From UHGV virus genome UHGV-0356621: 43,895 nucleotides of DNA; one strand, written 5' to 3'. Positions within the stretch are counted from its first letter, which is position 1; every line of letters begins with the position of its first letter. The notes below the pieces were generated by a model, which had not been told where the DNA came from, made no database searches, and worked only from the letters and a program-made list of their open reading frames with translations. This document shows positions 1 to 8,056 of this stretch, piece after piece. The translations under genes were made by a program, and so were the position numbers. The stretch comes from a virus.

Positions 1-166
1 TTTATTAGAAATTTGCACTTAAATCAAAAAGTTACGGACAATCCAACCACCAATCAATAAATTAAAGGGCACATTAAAGTACACAATATTTGTGCCCTTC
101 TCTGTTTCTTTCCCGTTATCAGCTAGCTGGAAACTTTTTATACAGAGTTGAGAGCCCTACTCCATA
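1..166. repeat. Terminal direct repeat, copy 1; matches 43730..43895 with 2 mismatches (positions 16 and 87)
   Basis: Direct comparison of the two window ends; both copies are cut by the window edge so the true repeat may be longer. Contains the invertase 3' end and a downstream hairpin AAGGGCAC-N19-GTGCCCTT. Confidence 0.9.
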
Positions 167-667
167 CGTTTTTGATACGCTTTGTCGTGATTCACCGGTT
201 GCCATCCGCTCCCCCATTTCCCGCCATTGCTCATCCGTGAACTTAGGCCTGCGACCACCAACTCGCCATTTTGCCCTGGCTACGGCCAGCCCTGCTAAGG
301 TACGTTCGCTATTAAGATCAGATTCATATTGTGCTGCGGAAAGGATGTTACGAAAGTTATAGCGGCCGCTGGCTGTTTTGAGATCCACGCCATCGGTAAT
401 ACTGCGGAAGTTGATACCCTTTTCCTGTAGCTGCTGGAACATCAACAGCGCATGCAGAACGTTGCGGCCTATCCTGTCCAGCTTCCAGACCACCAGTTCA
501 TCCCCCGACTGCATAGTGGCGATCAGCCGTTTTAGAACCGGCCGATTCGATTTCCGCCCGCTGGCATGCTCTTCAAAAATTTTCTCACAACCCGCTGACT
601 TGAGCGCCGTTAGTTGCAATTCAGTGTCCTGGTGGTTTGTTGATACTCGGGCATAACCGTAAATCAT
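119..667 (-). CDS. Serine recombinase, Hin/Gin/Pin-type DNA invertase
   Basis: N-terminus MIYGYARVST with catalytic Ser, VVWKLDRIGR motif, C-terminal HTH GVGLSTLYKKF; close to Salmonella Hin over the whole length. ATG at 667 preceded by AGGAGA; the track ORF start at 766 is an upstream extension. Confidence 0.93.
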   Translation of the reverse strand: MIYGYARVSTNHQDTELQLTALKSAGCEKIFEEHASGRKSNRPVLKRLIATMQSGDELVVWKLDRIGRNVLHALLMFQQLQEKGINFRSITDGVDLKTASGRYNFRNILSAAQYESDLNSERTLAGLAVARAKWRVGGRRPKFTDEQWREMGERMATGESRQSVSKTYGVGLSTLYKKFPAS

Positions 668-671
668 GGGA

Positions 672-697
672 TTTCTCCTGTTATGAAAACAGGAGAA
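672..697. promoter_or_regulatory. Palindrome TTCTCCTGTT-N6-AACAGGAGAA overlapping the invertase ribosome-binding site
   Basis: Perfect 9-10 bp inverted repeat whose 3' arm on the minus strand is the AGGAGA Shine-Dalgarno of the invertase; could form an RBS-sequestering hairpin or be a protein-binding site. Confidence 0.3.
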
Positions 698-846
698 ACG
701 GCGAAGCATCACCAGATTTTTGATGGTTATAAAAAAGGTTCGTTTAGAACTGGAGGGATGGTGCATGACTATGAAAGACGATGCTATTTAGATAGATAAA
801 CGGCGGGTCTCACTGGTGTGCGGTGATACAGCAAAACCCGTATAGA

Positions 847-1287
847 CTACACCTCTGGAGGAACAGGCCAGTTAACATTCTCGGGGTCGATTGTTACATC
901 AGCCTCTTTAACCTCATTTTTATAGGCCAGCCACGCTGACAACTTCGCTCTGTTGGCGTCGCTGATTTCACCGAGCATCAACTCCGTTCTCCAGTCGAGC
1001 ATAGTGGCGTCAGCTTGATTCAGTAAATGTTGGCGATAGCGCTCTGCTGCGGCCAGTAACTCATCGTAGGTTGGTGTCGGGATATCAACCCATACTGGCT
1101 TCGAATTTTTCGCCCCCAATATTTTCCCAGCAGGAGGAGTTACGCGCCAATATTTCTCGGCATCTTCATTTGAGACCTCAGTTGCATCTTCTGGCCATGT
1201 ATTTTCTGAATATGTGCCATCAGATTTCCATGAAGCAGGAATGAATGAGAGTAATGAGGGAACAAAATATGCGACTGTTTTTGTCAT
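847..1287 (-). CDS. Tail fibre assembly protein (lambda Tfa / P2 gpG-like)
   Basis: C-terminus ...SAWLAYKNEV...VNWPVPPEV resembles the conserved Tfa C-terminus (lambda Tfa ends DIEWPAVPVME); ATG verified; lies directly after the tail fibre gene. Confidence 0.7.
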   Translation of the reverse strand: MTKTVAYFVPSLLSFIPASWKSDGTYSENTWPEDATEVSNEDAEKYWRVTPPAGKILGAKNSKPVWVDIPTPTYDELLAAAERYRQHLLNQADATMLDWRTELMLGEISDANRAKLSAWLAYKNEVKEADVTIDPENVNWPVPPEV

Positions 1288-1288
1288 A

Positions 1289-2449
1289 TCAGAATCCTAA
1301 TGCAAACCAGCGGAAACCGTCTGCTGGAGTTGCTGTTGATACCCATGAGAAGAAGAAATTGACATCAGAGTTAGAAATGGCACCAACCTGAGAAAAAACA
1401 TCAATACCGGCATTTCCTGACAAATTGGACGGGGTTGCCATTGCCATCAAGGAGAAATTCGGGAACGGTGTTGGGAAAATAACGTTTTGCACCCCTTCTG
1501 GTATAGACTTTAAAACAGCGCCCCATTGAATTATTAACCCACCAGAAACGTCTGGAATGCGGACAAAATCATTCGCTGCAAAATTTCTCTTTGGAAGAAA
1601 TGATTTCAGGCCGCTGGCATCTACCATTTTTTTAGCCGTACCCGACTGAATATCAGCGGCGGTAGCGATCGGCCCCAATCCCAAACCTGAAAGTACTCCC
1701 GCTGCATCACTCCTGCCGAGTATTGTTCTTGCGAATGCTGTCAGATCGGTTATTGCTACAGTATCTTCGCCAGTGAAGTAAGGTAATTTATTTGCTGAAC
1801 TTGCCAGGGCTGCAATGGCAGTTAAAGTTGCATCCAGTGGTTGTTTCCCATTCAGCAATTCAGTTATGCCAAGGTAGTTCACGATATCAGCAATTTTTTC
1901 TGCCGCCACGACTGTGCGCCCAACGGTTGTAATTCCAGAAAGTCTGGCTGTGTTGCTGTCGTCAAAAAAAGGAAAACTGTTCCCAATGCCATTCAGCGTT
2001 GCGAGCTGCTTTAAACCAAGGTATGTGAGAATGTCAGCAATAGTATTTTTCCCGATAATGTCACGGCCAACAGAAGTTAAATCAGTCTGCGCTGCTGTAT
2101 CATTTCCAGTGAAATATGGGAGTTTATTTGCACCTGTTGCGAGCCCAGCTAATGCCGTCAGCGTGGCGTCAAGCGCCTGGAAATCCTTACCGAACGCGGC
2201 GGACATTTTGGTGATAAACCCGTTCAGGTCACCATCATCAAGCACGTCCAGCCCGCTTTTGTTAGCGGTGTACTGCGCCAACGCTGCCGCTATAAAGCTG
2301 GCCTGTCGAATGGCTTTGTTTACCTGCGCACTGGATGCCTTTCCTGCCATGAATCCAGAGAGTAGAGCCGGAAGTGTTTCCCAGTCAGCCTGGGCTGTCA
2401 CGTTAGCGTTAGGATCAATCGCAAACGCTTTAAAGTTATTTGTTGCCAT
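1289..2449 (-). CDS. Tail fibre protein, distal part, with P2 gpH-like tandem repeat
   Basis: Two copies of LDATLTA(L/I)A.LA...NKLPYFTG.DT...TDLT..R.I.G...A..L.YLGL, matching the KDATLTALAGLATAADRFPYFTGND segment of P2 gpH as I recall it; ATG verified with AAGGAA RBS. Confidence 0.75.
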   Translation of the reverse strand: MATNNFKAFAIDPNANVTAQADWETLPALLSGFMAGKASSAQVNKAIRQASFIAAALAQYTANKSGLDVLDDGDLNGFITKMSAAFGKDFQALDATLTALAGLATGANKLPYFTGNDTAAQTDLTSVGRDIIGKNTIADILTYLGLKQLATLNGIGNSFPFFDDSNTARLSGITTVGRTVVAAEKIADIVNYLGITELLNGKQPLDATLTAIAALASSANKLPYFTGEDTVAITDLTAFARTILGRSDAAGVLSGLGLGPIATAADIQSGTAKKMVDASGLKSFLPKRNFAANDFVRIPDVSGGLIIQWGAVLKSIPEGVQNVIFPTPFPNFSLMAMATPSNLSGNAGIDVFSQVGAISNSDVNFFFSWVSTATPADGFRWFALGF

Positions 2450-2458
2450 TTTTATTCC

Positions 2459-2761
2459 TTAAGCCCAGACGCGAGCCAGTGTTTTCGGTGCAACCACAAA
2501 GTCGTTCAGCCCGGATAAATCGAGCGAGTCATTCATGACCCGCAAATTGGCGTGATAGCCGGGTTCGGTGGTGTACTTGATAACTTCGTTTTCCTCGCCG
2601 GAATTGATAACTTCAGCAGGAACAGTGATAACGCCGACGATATCCAGGCTGATATCAGGGTGATAAAAACCACCCTGTCCCTCATCATCCACAAACCCCG
2701 CCGCGATTAATTGCGTGCGCATTTGGTTGGCGTCATTAAAGCGCAGATATAAGTCTCTCAT
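2459..2761 (-). CDS. Hypothetical tail-fibre-associated protein
   Basis: 100-aa ORF between the two fibre genes; ATG overlaps the upstream stop (TAATG). No recognisable motif. Confidence 0.4.
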   Translation of the reverse strand: MRDLYLRFNDANQMRTQLIAAGFVDDEGQGGFYHPDISLDIVGVITVPAEVINSGEENEVIKYTTEPGYHANLRVMNDSLDLSGLNDFVVAPKTLARVWA

Positions 2762-4269
2762 TAGCGGAGTCCATTGATTTGGTTGGGAGTTAGCAGGCGG
2801 TGCCAGATACGGAAATTGCGAATGTGGTAAACAAACCTTACGGATGTAGTTTGGTTTATATTCCCTATATACGAAACGGATTGCGTGATGTCATTAGGAG
2901 TAACGCTATGAGAGTTTGAATTACCGTTGTAGTAGTTTGATATCCTGCCCCTTTCCGTTGTATGAACGAATACTCCGCTACTACCCTGGAGGCAAGGTAT
3001 ACTAATGTCCGTTGAACTTCGATACGATTTTACTGTGTTGTCGTTAACCCACCTGCAAACAATATCATTGCTTGGGCCTTGTACCTTAACAACTTCAATA
3101 TATCCATCGGAAGCCTGTAAATATTTAGGGAAAAATTCAAATGCCAAAGTTCTGTTGAATAGCGTTGCAAGAGTAGGGTATCCACAGTTTTCTTTCGGGA
3201 TTTGCCAGTAATCAGCAGCTCTTGTAACTGTAGTTGCGGCCGTCGGGATATAGGATGTTGGGAATGGGCTATCTTCTAATTGTGCGCCCCAGGCGTATAA
3301 ACCAGATACGCCATCTCCGGTATAGATTGTTGACACACCATTTGCTAATTGAATGCGAATAACTGTTCTCTGACTCGCTCCGGCTGTGAAAACCATCCAG
3401 ACACGGTATATGCCATTTCCGAAATCATCAAAACCACGATCAACAAATTGAGCACCATGGCCAGGCCCAACCCAGGCACCTGCAGCCGGGTCAAAGAAAA
3501 CGCCTGATGTACTACCAGAAGCAACACGCAGATATAAATTACGCGGGCTGGTGTGAGCTTTTACGAAAACCGAATAACAATAAGTTGTTCCTGCTGTTAA
3601 AATAATATTGCGGTCTTGTGCATAGTGTTCAATGGTAGGGGAGGTACTCTCAATTATAAGCGCCATCGTTTTATCGCCGCGAGGCGAGTCGCCGCTATTA
3701 TTCGTTGTGGTAACGTCTTTCCCTGCGTCCCACTGTTCTGAATATGTATACAGGTTCGTAATCTGATGCTCAATTAAAAGCCCCTCTTTCTCAAAGCGCG
3801 GCTCATTAATTGCCGCCGTCTTCAGCACACCAGATTTATCGATGTACGTCGCCGTCGTTGAGCGAGTGAACGTCATCGACTTAGTGGGCAGAGGGTAACT
3901 TGTGCCGGCCACTGTGATTGTGTCCGCCGGCGCGATCCCGGCCAGCAGGCGAAGGTCATCGGACAGCGGCGCCCAGACATCCGGGAACGGCGCATCAACG
4001 TAAACGGTGGCGGCAGCCGAGTTCGCAGCATCAGCTGCGCTCTGGGCTGCTGCAGCGGCTGAACTGGCTGCAGCCTGCGCCGACTGGCTCGCTGATTGCC
4101 CTATCGCAACTACGTCGGCTTGTAGTCCGGCAAGCGTTTTAGCTTTTTTGCCCGTTCTGGTCGTAACCTCCTTACTGCTGGAATTTACGACCTCATCCAG
4201 AGTCTGCTGGTTATCAGCAAAGTCACGCAAATCGCTGGATGGTACTGAGTTATTTGTATTGTAAGGCAT
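2761..4269 (-). CDS. Tail fibre / host-specificity protein, proximal part
   Basis: 502 aa with an Ala/Ser/Gln-rich N-terminal stretch typical of fibre shafts; sits between baseplate genes and the distal fibre gene; ATG verified with AGGAA RBS. Confidence 0.6.
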   Translation of the reverse strand: MPYNTNNSVPSSDLRDFADNQQTLDEVVNSSSKEVTTRTGKKAKTLAGLQADVVAIGQSASQSAQAAASSAAAAAQSAADAANSAAATVYVDAPFPDVWAPLSDDLRLLAGIAPADTITVAGTSYPLPTKSMTFTRSTTATYIDKSGVLKTAAINEPRFEKEGLLIEHQITNLYTYSEQWDAGKDVTTTNNSGDSPRGDKTMALIIESTSPTIEHYAQDRNIILTAGTTYCYSVFVKAHTSPRNLYLRVASGSTSGVFFDPAAGAWVGPGHGAQFVDRGFDDFGNGIYRVWMVFTAGASQRTVIRIQLANGVSTIYTGDGVSGLYAWGAQLEDSPFPTSYIPTAATTVTRAADYWQIPKENCGYPTLATLFNRTLAFEFFPKYLQASDGYIEVVKVQGPSNDIVCRWVNDNTVKSYRSSTDISIPCLQGSSGVFVHTTERGRISNYYNGNSNSHSVTPNDITQSVSYIGNINQTTSVRFVYHIRNFRIWHRLLTPNQINGLR

Positions 4270-4297
4270 GGATATTCCTTGAACGATTCACAGGAAA

Positions 4298-5071
4298 TTA
4301 AAACGGCGAATCCCATGCTCCCCGATCGAAACCGGAAACATATTCATCATCGAGGTCGAAACCGAAAAACTGATATCCAGCAGATGGCCTGATAATTTCA
4401 CGGATGCGAACGCCAGCGGGCTTAATAGTCAGATAGCCATTTTTTATTACCCACACCATTTCATTGCTCAGGTCATCAATCGGATTATTGAAATACTGAG
4501 AGGGTGTGTAATCCGCCGGGAGGTCGATAAACGGCCCGCCATTTATAGCCGAGTCTAAAATAAGCCTGTCTGTTGGATTGATAATCGCGTCAGGGTCAGC
4601 GAGAACCCAGACAGACTCTGTCATGTCCAGGTTATCAATTATCGCCATCCTGATGCCGGAGCCAGCCAGCGCCACATCCAGAATATCCGGTATGCTTTCG
4701 TTGCGGCCGTCCCACTGGTTCATTGCCGCCTTGGCATTAAGCACGACACGATAAGTATCGTCGCTTAGCTGCATCAGGCCTTCATCCGGGTCAAATGGCC
4801 CCTGCCAGTTACCGCGATCCCACCCAAGGCTGTCTGTGTCCCAGGAGAAGTAGACGCCGGTTATCGGCGTAGACACCTGCCTGCTGCGGCCGATCCACTC
4901 CCCCAGGATATCCAGTTGGACACCGATGGCTGTGTCCAGGTCAAAGCTGTCAATCAGCCCACCAGTTGCAATATAGGTATCAGTCAGCGGGCGGGTGATC
5001 AGGTCAATGTGCTGCGGGAAGAGTTGCCGGGTCGCGTGATAGTTTGTGATCAGCTCGGTATATTTGCTCAT
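4298..5071 (-). CDS. Baseplate/tail protein (Mu gp48 / P2 gpI position)
   Basis: 257 aa immediately downstream of and overlapping the baseplate J-like gene; assigned by gene order. Confidence 0.5.
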   Translation of the reverse strand: MSKYTELITNYHATRQLFPQHIDLITRPLTDTYIATGGLIDSFDLDTAIGVQLDILGEWIGRSRQVSTPITGVYFSWDTDSLGWDRGNWQGPFDPDEGLMQLSDDTYRVVLNAKAAMNQWDGRNESIPDILDVALAGSGIRMAIIDNLDMTESVWVLADPDAIINPTDRLILDSAINGGPFIDLPADYTPSQYFNNPIDDLSNEMVWVIKNGYLTIKPAGVRIREIIRPSAGYQFFGFDLDDEYVSGFDRGAWDSPF

Positions 5072-6264
5072 GAGGCGGTCACCTTGATGTTTGCCACATC
5101 GCAGTGCGCCGCCTCATCGAACAGAATGGTGATATTGGCTGCTGCGGTAGTGGAAGCGCTTTTCCCGACCTTCAGAGAGGTGATGTCGTAGAACTTGCTC
5201 TCCCCGCCGCTCATTACGCCCAGGTTAGCCGGAGAGTAAACCCGGCTCAGCAGCACGGGGTCGCCGATGCGCAGCGAGTTTATATATTTCGCCACCTCTG
5301 CCTTAATTCTGTCCGCCGTTGAGGTGGTGTAGCCAGGGTAAGTGGTTAACGTGATATCCACGAAAACCTCTACCACTTTCGGGCGCGAGAATCGTATTTT
5401 CTTGGATTCACCATATCGGCCCACCAGGTTTACGGTTGTCGTGCCGAATGGTGTTGTCCCAACATCCTTTTTACCGGCGATCACCGTGGCGATTTCAGTG
5501 GCATCGCCGCCGTCAACGATGCAGCACATAGAATGCGCTGGCAGACCGTTGGAATCGGTAGTTTCAGAGTCGTTCTCATAACTGCGCAGTCGGGTTACGC
5601 CAGTGACGTTAAGCAGCGCCCCGTCCACACCCTCCATGGTGGTTTGTAATGTCAAGGCAGTACTGCGGGCCTGCCGTTCGCGCAGCTGAGCGTCTGTTTC
5701 GCCACTTTCCCCCACGGTTGCTGCAGCCGGGTTATTCACTGTTCTCCACCCGCGCGTCGGCGAGGCTATACGATTTATGGTGTTAGCCAACGCCACCACC
5801 GGGCCAGAAATAGAGCAGGTGGCGGTAACTGTGATAGACTGGGTTTGCGGGATAATCACGCTGGCAGGCAGGTTCCAAACTGTGCCGTTCGCATCACGCA
5901 CACTGCCAGCGGTGATCTGCGTGCCGACGTCGCCTTCAATCACTACGTCTGCCGTGGAGTTGGTCGCCAGCTTCCTGGTAATGCCGTTGATTTTGACGTT
6001 ACTGGACAGCGCCCGCCCCATGCTCGTACTGGGTGAGAACGAGTTATAGGCAGCGATACTGGTGTTGTTCGCGTCATGGATTCCCAGCGCGTAAATCGCC
6101 AGCATTTGTCCGTCTTTGCTGTCTGGTTCGAGGTAGGCATCACTACCGTAAATCTGCCTGAAATAGCTGGTCAGTGTATCAAGGATTGTCTGGTAATCAG
6201 GCGCACTAATCCCCTGGGCGGTTACCGTTGCCGATAGCCCCAGCGTGTCGAGGTTCAAAGCCAT
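5068..6264 (-). CDS. Baseplate J-like protein (Mu gp47 / P2 gpJ family)
   Basis: 398 aa, position and size fit baseplate J; ATG verified. Confidence 0.65.
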   Translation of the reverse strand: MALNLDTLGLSATVTAQGISAPDYQTILDTLTSYFRQIYGSDAYLEPDSKDGQMLAIYALGIHDANNTSIAAYNSFSPSTSMGRALSSNVKINGITRKLATNSTADVVIEGDVGTQITAGSVRDANGTVWNLPASVIIPQTQSITVTATCSISGPVVALANTINRIASPTRGWRTVNNPAAATVGESGETDAQLRERQARSTALTLQTTMEGVDGALLNVTGVTRLRSYENDSETTDSNGLPAHSMCCIVDGGDATEIATVIAGKKDVGTTPFGTTTVNLVGRYGESKKIRFSRPKVVEVFVDITLTTYPGYTTSTADRIKAEVAKYINSLRIGDPVLLSRVYSPANLGVMSGGESKFYDITSLKVGKSASTTAAANITILFDEAAHCDVANIKVTAS

Positions 6265-6618
6265 TTATGCCTCGCTTGTTACAGTCGTCTGGCCGTAGAT
6301 TGTGTCAATGGAGGAAGTGAAGGTGACGCGACGGCTGGTGCCGTCATAATTGGTATCGAAGGAAAGAATCGACAGAACGCCCGGCGTATCCTGTATGCGT
6401 TCGCGTATAGCCAGGATGTAGACGTCAGATCGCTGTTTACCCAGCACTGATTGAACATATGGCGTGCCTTCCGTCAGATCGAGAAACCACTGACCGCGCC
6501 ACAGTTCGAAACGGGTTTTCACGGCCTGGGCGACACACTCCGGACTGTCGATAAGGAAAGTATCGTCACCCTGCCCGAAAGTGTAATCGCCGTCAGCATC
6601 TTCGCGACGGTATCGCAT
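6265..6618 (-). CDS. Baseplate wedge protein (Mu gp46 / gp25-W-like)
   Basis: 117 aa between the spike and J-like genes; GGAGG RBS and ATG verified. Confidence 0.55.
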   Translation of the reverse strand: MRYRREDADGDYTFGQGDDTFLIDSPECVAQAVKTRFELWRGQWFLDLTEGTPYVQSVLGKQRSDVYILAIRERIQDTPGVLSILSFDTNYDGTSRRVTFTSSIDTIYGQTTVTSEA

Positions 6619-6621
6619 AGA

Positions 6622-7260
6622 TTAACCTCCCAGCGGCTTAGTATTGCTTCCGCCGCTCTCAACGCCGCCATGGGTATGCTTATCCACGATAGAACCGTCC
6701 ACCAGCTGCAAGCGACCGTCAGACAGTATTTTGAGCCCGTTAAGGTTGAATCCGCCCGGCGCTGTGCCATTTATTTCCCCGCTGGATGGGTTAAGGCTTA
6801 ATTTTGTACCGCCGTCATCGCTGCGCAGCTCTACCGAACTGGTACTGATGCCGCTGATTTTCTGCGCTTGCGACTGCGGGCCAACGATGGCGAACGCATC
6901 AGATAAGTCATGCTGGCGCGGGTCGACGGTCTCCTGAACGCCGCCGCTCTGCCACCAGAAATCGATGCAACGGTCGGCAAAGATCAGCAGGCACTCGTCG
7001 CCTTCTTTAACCGGAAAGGTCAACGTGCAACCGCCGCCGCGCGGGAAGATGACCGGCACATCCACCAGCGGTTTTAATTCGGTGGAGCCATCGCCAACGA
7101 CACCGCGAAGCGCCACCTCTACCGTGCAGGTAACAGCGTCAGGATCGAACGACTGAATGATGCCGGGCATCGCTACGCGCATCTGGGTAGACACCGAATC
7201 GGCAATGGCCTGCGCGGTCTGCTGCTCGCCGCCGATCTGTGATTGAGTTGGAATTGGCAT
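6622..7260 (-). CDS. Baseplate spike / assembly protein V (Mu gp45-like)
   Basis: 212 aa with a Gly-rich C-terminus and DKHTH motif as in gpV-type spikes; ATG verified. Confidence 0.6.
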   Translation of the reverse strand: MPIPTQSQIGGEQQTAQAIADSVSTQMRVAMPGIIQSFDPDAVTCTVEVALRGVVGDGSTELKPLVDVPVIFPRGGGCTLTFPVKEGDECLLIFADRCIDFWWQSGGVQETVDPRQHDLSDAFAIVGPQSQAQKISGISTSSVELRSDDGGTKLSLNPSSGEINGTAPGGFNLNGLKILSDGRLQLVDGSIVDKHTHGGVESGGSNTKPLGG

Positions 7261-7269
7261 AAAAACCCC

Positions 7270-7294
7270 ATAAAAAAACCCGCTCGGTGGCGGG
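7270..7294 (-). terminator. Rho-independent terminator downstream of the lipoprotein gene
   Basis: Minus-strand hairpin ACCCGC-N6-GCGGGT followed by a T7 run (plus strand shows AAAAAAA ACCCGCTCGGTGGCGGGT). Confidence 0.6.
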
Positions 7295-7326
7295 TTATAA
7301 TTTTCTAAAAATATTAAAGAGCCATT

Positions 7327-8049
7327 TTAAAGTAATCCCATTTTTCTGGCAGCTTCAATATTGTAAACATCTCCACGACCACTACACGGGGCAGCTAATG
7401 TAACCATTTCCACATACCCTTTATTACCTTTCTGTTGGCATATGCTCGCATGCATTTTCGCAAGCCTTGCCGCATGCTCGAAATCTATATAACTATCAAA
7501 CGAAGCTTCACTTAATGCGGTATATTTTGTTTTATCAGGTATGCTATTTATTTTTAACATGCCAGAAAAGTCATTCAACGCTTTAGTTAAATTAGATATG
7601 CAAATATTTTTATAATTAGCATTATCATATGCTGAGGCTCTTTTGCATTCTTCAGCGTATCCAGTGATAGCGATTTGTACACGTCTCATTGTTAAATGAT
7701 AACCACCGACTTTCACATAAACGTTATCCATATTCTGTGAATTTGGATAACGAGTAACAAAGCCCAAATTGTTAAGCGCTCTACTTAGTTCGTTTCCACT
7801 TGAACTTGAAGAATCAACATCTAACTTTTCCACTTCTACTTCAGGGTGTGAAGCTTCGAAATTTTCAGCTTCTTCTTTTTGTTTTTTTAACCGATTTTTT
7901 TGATTTTCATCAACTTGCTTTTCATACTCAACTCTTTCTTTCTCTTTTTGTGCCAGCCATTCCCTTTGTGCATTAACACCATTAGGGTCCCAACTGCATG
8001 AAGTCAAAAACATTGAAAAGAAAATGGGAGTTATTGCAAGCATATTCAT
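7327..8049 (-). CDS. Predicted lipoprotein of unknown function, AT-rich inserted gene (moron)
   Basis: N-terminus MNMLAITPIFFSMFLTSC has a lipobox (LTSC); Lys/Glu-rich coiled-coil segment then a Cys-containing C-terminal domain. The DNA is visibly AT-rich against GC-rich baseplate neighbours. ATG at 8049 (track start 8052 is TTG). Confidence 0.6.
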   Translation of the reverse strand: MNMLAITPIFFSMFLTSCSWDPNGVNAQREWLAQKEKERVEYEKQVDENQKNRLKKQKEEAENFEASHPEVEVEKLDVDSSSSSGNELSRALNNLGFVTRYPNSQNMDNVYVKVGGYHLTMRRVQIAITGYAEECKRASAYDNANYKNICISNLTKALNDFSGMLKINSIPDKTKYTALSEASFDSYIDFEHAARLAKMHASICQQKGNKGYVEMVTLAAPCSGRGDVYNIEAARKMGLL

Positions 8050-8056
8050 CAAAAAT

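Noticed and set aside
672-697. Palindrome near the invertase start, and a similar imperfect one at 4274-4298, considered as paired hix/gix-like crossover sites flanking the whole fibre operon
   Set aside because: Both overlap Shine-Dalgarno sequences (AGGAGA, AGGAA) of the downstream genes, and neither matches the AAACC...GGTTT core of Hin-family sites; the similarity is explained by the RBS.
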